60,145 nucleotides of DNA from assembly GCA_947467435.1 (NCBI GenBank), contig CANIIA010000006.1, positions 1 through 60,145 of the forward strand, written 5' to 3'. Under the pieces are notes generated by a model that was not told the DNA's origin, did not search any database, and saw nothing but the letters and a program-made list of their open reading frames with translations. Position 1 is the stretch's first letter. Every line of letters begins with the position of its first letter. The position numbers and the translations under genes are program-made. Shown here in pieces: positions 10,927 through 20,521 of the stretch. This DNA comes from Betaproteobacteria bacterium (GTDB lineage Bacteria; Pseudomonadota; Gammaproteobacteria; Burkholderiales; SG8-39).

Positions 10927-13047
10927 TCACAAGTTTTCACGTTGAATCAGATATCGATTCATACGCAGACCCGGGCATTCGCGACGCGCCGCACGTACTA
11001 CGTCCAAAGCGGCAACACTTAACGCAGACTGAAAAACATTCACCTCATCAATATTTCCTGAAAAGGCAAATTGACGATCACTTGGGTTTGGTAACGAATT
11101 CGTATACTCGCCGCCGATACTTAGATTTCCAGCATCAGATCCAACCGTTCCCGAGTAAAAATCTGACGTATTAGCAATCAATGCGCCTGCGGTGTCATAC
11201 ACATACAATCGCCGGCGTTTCTTTAGCCCATCAAACACGGCTGTCACGAAGTACCACCGGTTACTTTGCAAGCTATTCGTCGGGGCCCATAAAATGTCTG
11301 GTGATGTGCCACGCATATAAAAGTTGATCGTATTGGTCTGATTTAAACTCAGGCCCCAACCCTTCGAGTTATTAAAGTCATCCACAATAATCCGCTGCGC
11401 ATTTAGTGAAATGTCAGTCGATCGAATCCACGCAGTCAGCGTAAACCCGTCTTTCCATCCTGCATCCACACCTAAATTTGGAAAACTTCTTGCCCCTTGA
11501 TCAGCAATAGCAATGAATTGTTGTTTCGAGCGATCAAATAAGCCGTAACTGCATGTTCCTGGATTTCCGGTGCGTACCGGATCAATGCGCGATGTGGTGG
11601 GATTACCGGTCCCAAGCGCATTGCTCGCGGTGCCAGGAAAATTACCAGAGCCAGAATCAACCACCTCAGAGGCTGTCCCACCCCAATTCAATTGGTCCAT
11701 CCGCCAATTAGCAAAGGGCTTTGGTACAAAGTTAGCGATATAAAAATCACCGAGCCCGTCAGCCGTCATCAATCCTGTTATTTTTGTTGACGTTGTTGTA
11801 CTTGTTCCGACATCCGGGTAATACCAAACTGGACTGACGTTCCCTCCTGTTTGAACGTATTGACCAACAACCATTGTCGTTAGTGATACACCGTAGTCAG
11901 CATTACCTGCCGGATAAGACAACAGCACGTCCAGATTTGAGTACGTGATCGAATTTACGTTGGTGATTGTCCAGTATTGATTTACGCTTTTAGAAATATC
12001 TAATTGAGCAATCGGCGTTGTAGTCAATACGTTTGGATGATCTCCGTCCTTGGAAAGGACCTCAACAGAGCCAGCACTTGCCCCACTAAATGTCACTGTC
12101 ACCGGCGCGTAATTTAAAGTACCTCCTACTTGCCAAGTGGGGCTTGAATTACCAGCTGCAACTGGCATACGCAGCCGTCCGTTGACGTAGCTTGAAGTAG
12201 ATCCACCATTGACACCCGCATTCGGCAAACTGGCGGTTGTCATTGAAACGTAGTTCGTAGCGCTGGTTGGGTCGGTATTGCTGGTCTGAATCAATCCTTT
12301 GGTGAGTGTCAGGGTGTTACTGACGATTAAGCTGTGAGTAGGCGAGCCAACTTTCCCTAAGATGAGTCTTCCACCGCTTTTGTCGAGGATGACATTAAAC
12401 GCAGTGGTTGTTCCAGAGCCATATAACACTTGGTCAACGCTCCCGTTTAAGTAAAGCGTGGCATTTTCAGCTTTATAGGTTCCATTGTTGAGTACGTCGC
12501 CAGCAATTTTCAGATTTGCATTACCAGATTGAATGAATGTGGCGCCCGCTTGAATCGCAAGCGATTTTCCAACTATCGCCTCCGAAATAGGTGCCGAGTA
12601 AAGCTCGAGCCTTGCAGACCCTGCGACAACATTGATGTAGTTGCTTACATTTAACGTGTTTGCAGAGCCACTTAACCGAACCACCCCATCTTGATTAAAT
12701 GTAATCGACCGAATTGATGGACTTTGAATCTTCGCTTCAACTCCCATACCTGAACAAATAATCACGTCATCCGCAGCTGTCGGGAGCGTTGCTGGAACGA
12801 TGATGTTGTTACATGAACCCGTAGACCACGGGGTGGTTGCCACAGCGAGATCTTCCCAAGTTCCGTTTCTGCGTGCGTAAAAGCTTGCTGCAAATGTGTC
12901 TACTGAAAAAATACTCAGGACGATTGGTATCGCTGCTATCGATAACAACCAGTACCTGTTGTTTAAGAACCATCGTGGCCGCCGCATCGATAAGCGACCG
13001 CAAAGCGGTTGACCGACACGCCCCGCCTTAAGCACAGACTGCACCAT
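10927..13047 (-). CDS. MshQ-like pilus-associated adhesin with LamG/concanavalin-like domain
   Basis: Follows mshP; signal peptide, beta-rich repeats, LamG motifs (FTLTAWI, WYFVTAVFD, FSGNIDEVNVF); shorter than typical MshQ. Confidence 0.7.
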   Translation of the reverse strand: MVQSVLKAGRVGQPLCGRLSMRRPRWFLNNRYWLLSIAAIPIVLSIFSVDTFAASFYARRNGTWEDLAVATTPWSTGSCNNIIVPATLPTAADDVIICSGMGVEAKIQSPSIRSITFNQDGVVRLSGSANTLNVSNYINVVAGSARLELYSAPISEAIVGKSLAIQAGATFIQSGNANLKIAGDVLNNGTYKAENATLYLNGSVDQVLYGSGTTTAFNVILDKSGGRLILGKVGSPTHSLIVSNTLTLTKGLIQTSNTDPTSATNYVSMTTASLPNAGVNGGSTSSYVNGRLRMPVAAGNSSPTWQVGGTLNYAPVTVTFSGASAGSVEVLSKDGDHPNVLTTTPIAQLDISKSVNQYWTITNVNSITYSNLDVLLSYPAGNADYGVSLTTMVVGQYVQTGGNVSPVWYYPDVGTSTTTSTKITGLMTADGLGDFYIANFVPKPFANWRMDQLNWGGTASEVVDSGSGNFPGTASNALGTGNPTTSRIDPVRTGNPGTCSYGLFDRSKQQFIAIADQGARSFPNLGVDAGWKDGFTLTAWIRSTDISLNAQRIIVDDFNNSKGWGLSLNQTNTINFYMRGTSPDILWAPTNSLQSNRWYFVTAVFDGLKKRRRLYVYDTAGALIANTSDFYSGTVGSDAGNLSIGGEYTNSLPNPSDRQFAFSGNIDEVNVFQSALSVAALDVVRAARRECPGLRMNRYLIQRENL

Positions 13048-13537
13048 CAGGGGTTTGACGACACACGGAAATCAAAGCACTGACTGCTCGCTCTATGTAC
13101 ATCCCATTCACTGCAGCGTTGTTAGGGCAAGCCCCTGCGGAAGGTAAATTACATGCTACGGATTCAATTTGATAAACACTGATGGATTGATTGTTCTCTG
13201 TCGCAATTGTTTTGATACAGCGAACCGTGACCATAAAATCAATCAAAAATCCATCAAACTTTTGGCTAATCGCACTCGATGGACATGTATACGTTGCAGT
13301 GGGTGTATTTAGGTTTGAATTCTCGGCAGCCAAGATCAACCAACTTTGCCACTCGACGCCTGCTTTAGCAGCAAGCAACGCTCGACTACCCATGAGATCG
13401 GCCGATTGATTACGCGTTGCGATTTGCGTGAACTGAGTAATGCTTAGCGCTAACCCGCCGAGTAACACAATGACAAGCAGTGCAGCTATGATGCCGATAC
13501 CACGTTGCTGCGAATAAACTTTCAATTTAGCGTTCAA
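13028..13537 (-). CDS. mshP: MshP-like minor pilin
   Basis: QQRGIGIIAALLVIV, RALLAAKAGVEW, YIERAVS. Confidence 0.82.
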   Translation of the reverse strand: MNAKLKVYSQQRGIGIIAALLVIVLLGGLALSITQFTQIATRNQSADLMGSRALLAAKAGVEWQSWLILAAENSNLNTPTATYTCPSSAISQKFDGFLIDFMVTVRCIKTIATENNQSISVYQIESVACNLPSAGACPNNAAVNGMYIERAVSALISVCRQTPDGAVCA

Positions 13538-14409
13538 AGTGTGTTGTCTACTTTGACTTGGCGATACAAATTGACGCTTTCGCTGTCTGAACTCTTTAAT
13601 TGAATGCGTAATTCAATTAAGCCATCAAGTAGCTGATCTGCGCTAAACACCGTCCCCGAACCGCCGGCACTTGCAGCGCATTGCACAAGAGAGGCAACAC
13701 GCGCTTTGCTTCCAGTGGCTGCGATCAAATTATCGTACGCAGCAATAGACGATGGCATTGAAGCTTGGATCGCATAGCCTGCGTAACGCCATATCACTTG
13801 GTTGACTGGATCACAGACGAACGCGACTGGACCATCGCTGACCATAATACGGGAGACTGTCTCCGTGCATGTATTGGCGAATGGAGTACCAACATAACTA
13901 AAACCGGTCACTAAACCTGATGTTGTCGTGACTGCACTAATTGTTCTTCGGTTTGAAGGTGTTGCTGCCCACGCATCACAGGTAACGCCCATGCCGTTTC
14001 CAAAGACAAGATAATCACCAAGAATTGGCGTAGAACCTACCCATGGACCAATCAAGGCAACGCTTGTTGTTCCACCGAAAAGTGCTGCGCCACAATCGAG
14101 ACCATTCCCATTGCAATATCGAGCACCGCCTCGAAGGTGCAGAAATTCGAGCATCGTTCCACTTAAGTCAAAACGCGCGCTATTAGGTACAGCTGCAGCT
14201 AGGTCGCGAGAAATTTGCCGTAGCGCAATATCAGCCTGCTCTGTGAGCGTAAATCGGCGCACTGTCAACGCGTAGCTTTCTACTGGTTGTTTGACATACA
14301 CAGCGATAGAGGCCGCGACGATACCTATCAAAACAATCACCACAATCGCTTCAACAAGCGTAAAGCCGAGATTTTTTACTAGCATCGCCTTGCCCGTAAC
14401 GTGCAGCAT
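13534..14409 (-). CDS. mshO: MshO-like minor pilin
   Basis: GFTLVE cleavage motif, ALRQISRDLAAAVPNSAR, C-terminal QVKVDNT. Confidence 0.85.
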   Translation of the reverse strand: MLHVTGKAMLVKNLGFTLVEAIVVIVLIGIVAASIAVYVKQPVESYALTVRRFTLTEQADIALRQISRDLAAAVPNSARFDLSGTMLEFLHLRGGARYCNGNGLDCGAALFGGTTSVALIGPWVGSTPILGDYLVFGNGMGVTCDAWAATPSNRRTISAVTTTSGLVTGFSYVGTPFANTCTETVSRIMVSDGPVAFVCDPVNQVIWRYAGYAIQASMPSSIAAYDNLIAATGSKARVASLVQCAASAGGSGTVFSADQLLDGLIELRIQLKSSDSESVNLYRQVKVDNTL

Positions 14410-14913
14410 TTAGATGTTTGCGCGATAAGCGCTGAGCTTGACCGGTTCGCCAGAGGGCGTAGTAACCGTGACATCAATGCGCTTCATCTCCCCCGTAGTA
14501 ACAAACACGCTACCTGAAACCGGCGTATTTGCTGCAGTGGGCGTAATCGAGATTGAAACCGAATAACCAGTTAAGCCACTCACTACTTGGCCGTTTTTGG
14601 TGAAGATACCGTTTGATGTGAAGAGATGGTAATCGTCGATATCAATAAAAAAAGGACGATTAATTTGTGTTGGCGTACCTACAAAAGCACTTGGATTCGC
14701 GAACTGGCGGGTCAATACTTCATCAATAAATGCCTCTGCAACAGCAATTGCTTGTTTACGCTGCAACGCCTCGGCACTACGACTGACGTCTAAATTAATC
14801 ACTGATAAAACACCGAGCAGTGCGGTGCTTACAACCACAACAAAAATCAGCAATTCAAGTAACGAAAAACCTCCTGAGCGCAAATTCGCCTTTACAGGGG
14901 GCCTAGTAAACAT
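14410..14913 (-). CDS. mshD: MshD-like minor pilin
   Basis: GFSLLE motif, DIDDY, C-terminal LSAYRANI. Confidence 0.85.
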   Translation of the reverse strand: MFTRPPVKANLRSGGFSLLELLIFVVVVSTALLGVLSVINLDVSRSAEALQRKQAIAVAEAFIDEVLTRQFANPSAFVGTPTQINRPFFIDIDDYHLFTSNGIFTKNGQVVSGLTGYSVSISITPTAANTPVSGSVFVTTGEMKRIDVTVTTPSGEPVKLSAYRANI

Positions 14914-15394
14914 GTCCAGAAATCTGGCCGATCGTGATTGATATGTTTTGCGACCCAGATAATACTAGTTGGGTATCGGTGGTTTTAACTACACCACTGC
15001 TGGTCAATGGCTCTCCTTGTGCACCAAATATCAACGGTCCGCTGCTTAATTGAAGGACGAGTCCAACTGGGGGATTGAGAGAAAAAGAATTTCCTCCTGT
15101 CATCGGATCTGGTAAATCGATCGAACATGCTTGAGAAGCACCCGTACTGGCAGCACGTTTCAATGTGATTGATGAAGCAGTGACATTGACGCAAACATTA
15201 CGACGCGTTGCGATAGCGGTTTTTTGCGCACTTAAAACTACACCACGCACTTGGTCTGCAAAACCCAGGCGATCATTGGTTAGGTTGATCGACATTTTGG
15301 GCAACGCAATCGTCACCACAACAGCAAGTAATAGACCAACAGTGACAAGCTCAATATAGCTGAATCCTTTAATTAAGCAGGAGGATTCACGCAT
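14903..15394 (-). CDS. mshC: MshC-like (FimT/GspH-type) minor pilin
   Basis: GFSYIEL motif, AQKTAIATRRNVCV, C-terminal SGHV; start placed at ATG 15394. Confidence 0.75.
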   Translation of the reverse strand: MRESSCLIKGFSYIELVTVGLLLAVVVTIALPKMSINLTNDRLGFADQVRGVVLSAQKTAIATRRNVCVNVTASSITLKRAASTGASQACSIDLPDPMTGGNSFSLNPPVGLVLQLSSGPLIFGAQGEPLTSSGVVKTTDTQLVLSGSQNISITIGQISGHVY

Positions 15395-15783
15395 ACCATC
15401 GGCATCGGAAATGAAGCACCTGTCTCTGTATTGATTACTGAGCAATGCGTGTCGACAATACCGTCTGAGATACAGCTCGTTGTTTGGACGCCACTTGAAA
15501 AAGTGATGCCGCTTGGCAAGATATAACCACTATCAAATGCATTCCCTACAAACGACGAACAGTATCTAGCGTTTCCAACCCGCGTCGGCACAACACCGGT
15601 GGATAAATATTTTGCATAATTCATCTGACTCCATGATGAAATAGCAGCACCGATTGCCTGAGCTTGTGCATTTTTTGCATCATTTTGTGCACTAATAAAT
15701 TTGGGAATAGCGATCGCAGCCAGTAAGGCCAAAATCACAATCACAACAACCAATTCAATCAGCGTGAAGCCCTTACCCTTCAT
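15373..15783 (-). CDS. Type IV pilin, MshA-like paralog 3
   Basis: [14 protein letters not shown]...AIPKF, WSQMNYAKY, four Cys; start at ATG 15783. Confidence 0.85.
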   Translation of the reverse strand: MKGKGFTLIELVVVIVILALLAAIAIPKFISAQNDAKNAQAQAIGAAISSWSQMNYAKYLSTGVVPTRVGNARYCSSFVGNAFDSGYILPSGITFSSGVQTTSCISDGIVDTHCSVINTETGASFPMPMVCVNPPA

Positions 15784-15834
15784 CTTGAAATTAAGTCCTT
15801 GAAATAAAAAATGGACAGGGTTCATTTTGTGAAT

Positions 15835-16257
15835 TTAGTTTGTGCAAACCAAACTGATCGGCTGAGGCGTTGAGCCAACTGAACTATGCGTCACGGAGCA
15901 AGTTGCCACAACCGCACCGGCAGAACCACAACCACTCACCGATCCAGTGAAGTTCATCAACGTGGGTGTTGAGGGAAACGCCGTTGTGCCAATAGAGCTG
16001 CAACTAAAGCTATTGTTTACGCCTGTTGCACCTGTACTGGTGCCTCCTGCAACGATAAACTTTGCGTAATTCATGGCACTCCATGATGACGCTGCACCCG
16101 CAAATCCCTTGGCTGCGGCATCCCGAGCATCGGTTTGTAGACTGACATACTTCGGGATTGCCACCGCAGCAAGAATCGCGAGTATCACGATCACCACCAC
16201 CAACTCAATGAGCGTAAATCCTCGCTCATTTAGTTTGGAGTGATCTACAGAATACAT
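15835..16257 (-). CDS. Type IV pilin, MshA-like paralog 2
   Basis: [14 protein letters not shown]...AIPKY, WSAMNYAKF, ends QPISLVCTN; start at ATG 16257. Confidence 0.87.
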   Translation of the reverse strand: MYSVDHSKLNERGFTLIELVVVIVILAILAAVAIPKYVSLQTDARDAAAKGFAGAASSWSAMNYAKFIVAGGTSTGATGVNNSFSCSSIGTTAFPSTPTLMNFTGSVSGCGSAGAVVATCSVTHSSVGSTPQPISLVCTN

Positions 16258-16320
16258 TTTGGCGAAACAGTTTTTTTGGTTAACAGCAAAAATGAATTGC
16301 ACAAACTTGCAGTTAAATAA

Positions 16321-16767
16321 TCAGTTCGTACAAACAACACTGATCGGCTGCGCAACCGAGGTTCCAGCTGGACTATGAGTTGCGGTACAGGTTGTACCGA
16401 CCGAACCAGCGCCACCCGAGCAGCCGACGCTCGTACCAGAAAATAAAATATTTGTCGGTACGGTTGTAAATGCTGAATTTGGCAAACTACCACAAGTTGT
16501 AGCAGTAGTAATCGAACTAGCGCTTGCAGAATTCACCAAGTATTTTCCGTAATTCATGGCGCTCCAAGAAGCCACTGCGCCTGCATAGCCTTGTGCCACA
16601 GAATTTCGTGCGTCGTCTTGAAGGCTAATGTATTTGGGAATCGCCACTGCCGCCAAAATTCCTAAAATCACAATCACAACGACCAATTCGATCAATGTAA
16701 AGCCCTTTTGCTTTTCTGTTTTTTGTTCAATACCAACTAGAGCTGCTTCTGGAAGTCTCTGGGTCAT
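16321..16767 (-). CDS. Type IV pilin, MshA-like paralog 1
   Basis: [14 protein letters not shown]...[14 protein letters not shown], ends QPISVVCTN; preceded by AAAGGA SD and an AT-rich 250-bp intergenic region. Confidence 0.88.
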   Translation of the reverse strand: MTQRLPEAALVGIEQKTEKQKGFTLIELVVVIVILGILAAVAIPKYISLQDDARNSVAQGYAGAVASWSAMNYGKYLVNSASASSITTATTCGSLPNSAFTTVPTNILFSGTSVGCSGGAGSVGTTCTATHSPAGTSVAQPISVVCTN

Positions 16768-17016
16768 GATTTGATCCTTTCAACGGATTAATTACTTAGC
16801 ACAATTTAAATACGCTGTTAACTCAACTTAAGTTTGAATTGCTAACGTTGTATCTGAAATTTCTGCTGCATGCATACAAAATTAGGTAGGTCACTACACA
16901 GGAGTGAAACCAATGTATCACCTAGGTCTTGATTATGCGCAGGTATAACAAACAATTAAAAATGATTTAACTACTTATTTCTTTTCTAAATTAGATAGAC
17001 TTTTTGTGCGTATGTA

Positions 17017-17538
17017 TTAGCAACCACCCGTATCTAAAGTAATGGTCGGGGCGACACCGACTGCACTCGCTTCCGTGTAACTAATCTGGCAAGTGGATGA
17101 CGTAGTTGCACCATTGACCTGGAAAATTCGCGGTGCAGTACCGCTGATTGTTAAGCCTTCTGCACTGGTGAGTTGCGCTGCAACGTCAATACCGGCGCTG
17201 GTCGCTGCTGGATATCGATTCACCATTAAAACGTTGACACCATCCATCAGCGCATTGCCTCCTGTGCTCGTACATTGACCACTCACAGCCATCTCAAGGT
17301 CGAGCTCACAACGGATTTTGGCAAGTACCGCTGCTGCACGTATCACGCCGTACATGGCCTGCGCCTTGGCTATTCGCGCATCGCGTTGCAAGGCGATAAA
17401 GCGGGGTAACGCAAGCGCCGCCAATATCCCGATGATGCTAATGACAATCACCAACTCGATGAGCGTGAATCCGGATCTTTTTTTCTTAACTTCAGGCAAT
17501 CGTCGCTGTATTGAACATTTGAATGGTCGGTTAAACAT
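17017..17538 (-). CDS. mshA: MshA-type pilin
   Basis: [11 protein letters not shown]...ALPRF..LQRDARIA, RYPAATSAGI, TCQISYTEA, terminal Cys; GGAG SD before ATG 17538. Confidence 0.75.
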   Translation of the reverse strand: MFNRPFKCSIQRRLPEVKKKRSGFTLIELVIVISIIGILAALALPRFIALQRDARIAKAQAMYGVIRAAAVLAKIRCELDLEMAVSGQCTSTGGNALMDGVNVLMVNRYPAATSAGIDVAAQLTSAEGLTISGTAPRIFQVNGATTSSTCQISYTEASAVGVAPTITLDTGGC

Positions 17539-17579
17539 GTCTTTTCTCCACAGATGATTAATTAAAAGCATGCATTCAT

Positions 17580-18821
17580 TTACGGGCGGATCTGCGACAC
17601 GCTCGCCAAATCCCACATGGGTAAAAACACACCTAAAGCCAGGATCAGTACTAATCCACCCAACAACAGGATCAGGATGGGCTCGATTTGCTGGCTTAAG
17701 GTTTTGAGTTCGTATTCCAATTCGCGCTGATACATACTCGCCACTTCATCCATCATTTCGTCAATCGCACCAGATTCCTCACCCACGGCGAGCATTTGTA
17801 AAACGATGGGGGTAAATACGCCGGTGGCCGTGGCCGCACGCAATAAACTTTCACCACGCGCAACGTGCTCACGCATTTGATAGATCTTGGTCGCAATAAA
17901 TGCGTTGTCCACTGTTTCAGCCACAACACTCATCGATTGCACGATGGGCACGCCACTTTTGAGGGCAAGTGCAAAGCTTCGAGAAAACCGCGCAAGCATG
18001 GCTTTAGTCATCAATTTTCCTGCCACTGGGAGATGTAATTTCCAATGGTCCCAGCGTTGTTTGCCAGCGGAACTATTCGCCCACATGCGCCAGCCGAAAA
18101 TAATAAAAACGGCGGCTGCGATGACATATGGCCACCCCAGACGCAACAAATTGGAAAAATCAACGATCCAGCGTGTAACCAGCGGCAATTGCGCATTGGC
18201 CCCTGCAAAGATGCGTGAGAACGCGGGGATCACAAATAAGGTCACAATCGAAAATGCAATCGCCATGACAATCACCACGAACATCGGATAACGCACCGCT
18301 GCTTTCACTTGGTCTTTGATAAACACTTCAAATTCAAGGTGTAGCGTTAACCGCATAAACACTTCTTCGAGCCGCCCGCTCAACTCACCGACCCTCACCA
18401 TCGCAACATAAAATGAAGGAAATTGCCGCGGGAATTTGATTAATGCTTGCGATAACTCACGCCCAGCATCTAGGCTTTTTCGTAGAGCTTGAACTATTTT
18501 TATGGTGTTCGCTGCATCGGCAGACTGTTCTAACGCCTCTAAAGCACGCATGAGTGGTACACCAGACTTGACCAAGGTATGGATTTGTCGTGTGAATAGA
18601 ATGGCATTAAACGCCTGCCAGCTTTCACTCCATTGATCTACATATTTATAAAACTGGATCGGTTCAGCTGCAGACCTTGCGGTCGTGCGGATAGCAACAG
18701 GCGTGATGCCTTGTAATACCAATTGATCTGCAGCAAGCGCTGTGTTGGCAGCTTCAATTTGGCCTTGCACAAGCTGCCCTTTGAGGCTTCTTCCTTGATA
18801 ATGAAAGGTGGCCATATTCAC
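17580..18821 (-). CDS. mshG: Inner-membrane platform protein MshG (PilC/GspF family)
   Basis: Two T2SSF domains (FTRQIHTLVKSGVP, VGELSGRL, VGEESGAID), GVFLPMWD end. Confidence 0.92.
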   Translation of the reverse strand: MNMATFHYQGRSLKGQLVQGQIEAANTALAADQLVLQGITPVAIRTTARSAAEPIQFYKYVDQWSESWQAFNAILFTRQIHTLVKSGVPLMRALEALEQSADAANTIKIVQALRKSLDAGRELSQALIKFPRQFPSFYVAMVRVGELSGRLEEVFMRLTLHLEFEVFIKDQVKAAVRYPMFVVIVMAIAFSIVTLFVIPAFSRIFAGANAQLPLVTRWIVDFSNLLRLGWPYVIAAAVFIIFGWRMWANSSAGKQRWDHWKLHLPVAGKLMTKAMLARFSRSFALALKSGVPIVQSMSVVAETVDNAFIATKIYQMREHVARGESLLRAATATGVFTPIVLQMLAVGEESGAIDEMMDEVASMYQRELEYELKTLSQQIEPILILLLGGLVLILALGVFLPMWDLASVSQIRP

Positions 18822-18824
18822 ACG

Positions 18825-20519
18825 CTAGGCTTCTATCGCGCTGGCGACGCGCATGGCTTCTTCTACAGTTGTGACACCTTCTGCTGCAAGAAGCGCCGCG
18901 TCATGCCCGAGGGTGTTTTCACCCAGTTGCATGCGTGCGGCTTTCGCAAAACCATTTGCATCCTCCGCATTTAAGGCCTCTACCAGGGGACGGGTCATCG
19001 ATAAAGTTTCGTACACGCCAGTACGACCGATGTACCCAGTTTGGTTGCAGCGCATGCACCCGGCGCCCTGACGAAATTCTTTCTTATCTACATTTTCACG
19101 TGCAATCCATGCCGCTTGCGCGTCCGTTGGCTTGATCGGTTTTGCGCATTGCTCACAAACACATCGAACTAACCGTTGCGCCAGCACCAAATTGACGGAA
19201 ATAGCGACCATATAGCGTGGCACCCCCATATCGATAAGCCGCATCGGGGTCGTCAGCGCATCGTTAGTGTGTAAAGTCGACAACACTACATGCCCAGTCA
19301 TTGCAGCACGCATGCCGATTTCTGCAGTAATGTGATCTCGAATTTCTCCTACCATCAAGATATCCGGATCTTGACGTAAGGCAGAGCGCAGCACGCGCTC
19401 AAAACCGAGCGATATTTTTTCATTGACCTGCACTTGATTAATATCTGGCAACCGATATTCAATGGGATCTTCAACCGTAATGATTTTGCTCGATTGATTG
19501 TTTAGCTCAGATAAAGCTGCATATAACGTTGTCGTTTTACCGCTTCCCGTTGGTCCGGTGACTAGCACCATTCCACTGGATCGATGGATTGCTTCACGTA
19601 CGGTCGCAAGCACAGTTGGCCGCATACCAAGACGCTCTAAGGAAAGCATGCCTGCGGATTGATTTAGCAATCGCATGACAACCGATTCGCCATACTGTGT
19701 TGGCATGGTCGATATCCGTACGTCCACGGTCTTGCCTTGCGCTTCAAAGTTAAATCGACCATCTTGCGGAAGTCGACGCTCCGCAATATCGAGCCCAGAA
19801 ATTAATTTTAGTCGCAGCGTTATTGCAGAAGTTATTTTTTTGTCTGCTTCGGTTTGCATATACAACACACCATCCACACGAAACCGGATTCGCAAAAATT
19901 CTGCTTGTGGTTCCATATGAATGTCAGACGCTCGCATTTTGATGGCTTCTTCAAATACGGTCTGTAGGAGCTTTGCAACTGGCGCATTCTCTTGCGCCGC
20001 GACAGTCGATAAAAACTCGCCGACATGTTTAACATCGGATAAATCTTCTCTTAGCGCGATCGCTAAGTCCTCAATTTCTTGTTTACGCCGATACACTCGA
20101 TCAAACGTGGCTAGCAGTTCGTTTTCAGCCACCACCACGAGTTCAAACGCCTTGGGTAGGGCGCGTGACAAACCATCGTAAATACCTAAATCGGTTGGGT
20201 CAGATACCGCCACTCGCAAACGATCCACGCCGTTTTCAACCACAAGTGCGCGCAACCTGCGCGCCTGCGTTTCTGAAAGAATCCCAACGGCTTCATTGGT
20301 GAGATTGGCTTGTTGTAAATTAAAGTACGGCATGCTGAGCTGCTTCGCCAACACTTTAGCGAGCGCCTCTTCACTCAGTATGCCGGCCTCAACAATCAAT
20401 CGCCCCAGTTTGCGACCTGTTTTTTTCTGTACCTCAAGTAGTTTTGTTAGACGAGTTTGATCAAACACGCCTTCCGCTAACAAGAGCTCTCCAATTTTCG
20501 TTTTGCTCGATAAGGCCAT
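18825..20519 (-). CDS. mshE: Pilus assembly ATPase MshE (GspE/PilB family)
   Basis: MshEN-like N-terminus, ASDIH, RRLPQDGRF, GPTGSGKTT, EDPIEY, LRQDPD, tetra-Cys motif. Confidence 0.93.
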   Translation of the reverse strand: MALSSKTKIGELLLAEGVFDQTRLTKLLEVQKKTGRKLGRLIVEAGILSEEALAKVLAKQLSMPYFNLQQANLTNEAVGILSETQARRLRALVVENGVDRLRVAVSDPTDLGIYDGLSRALPKAFELVVVAENELLATFDRVYRRKQEIEDLAIALREDLSDVKHVGEFLSTVAAQENAPVAKLLQTVFEEAIKMRASDIHMEPQAEFLRIRFRVDGVLYMQTEADKKITSAITLRLKLISGLDIAERRLPQDGRFNFEAQGKTVDVRISTMPTQYGESVVMRLLNQSAGMLSLERLGMRPTVLATVREAIHRSSGMVLVTGPTGSGKTTTLYAALSELNNQSSKIITVEDPIEYRLPDINQVQVNEKISLGFERVLRSALRQDPDILMVGEIRDHITAEIGMRAAMTGHVVLSTLHTNDALTTPMRLIDMGVPRYMVAISVNLVLAQRLVRCVCEQCAKPIKPTDAQAAWIARENVDKKEFRQGAGCMRCNQTGYIGRTGVYETLSMTRPLVEALNAEDANGFAKAARMQLGENTLGHDAALLAAEGVTTVEEAMRVASAIEA

Positions 20520-20521
20520 TG

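Noticed and set aside
16768-17016. Sigma54 promoter or c-di-GMP riboswitch upstream of the pilin array
   Set aside because: No clear TGGCAC-N5-TTGC or GEMM motif seen; only AT-rich DNA.
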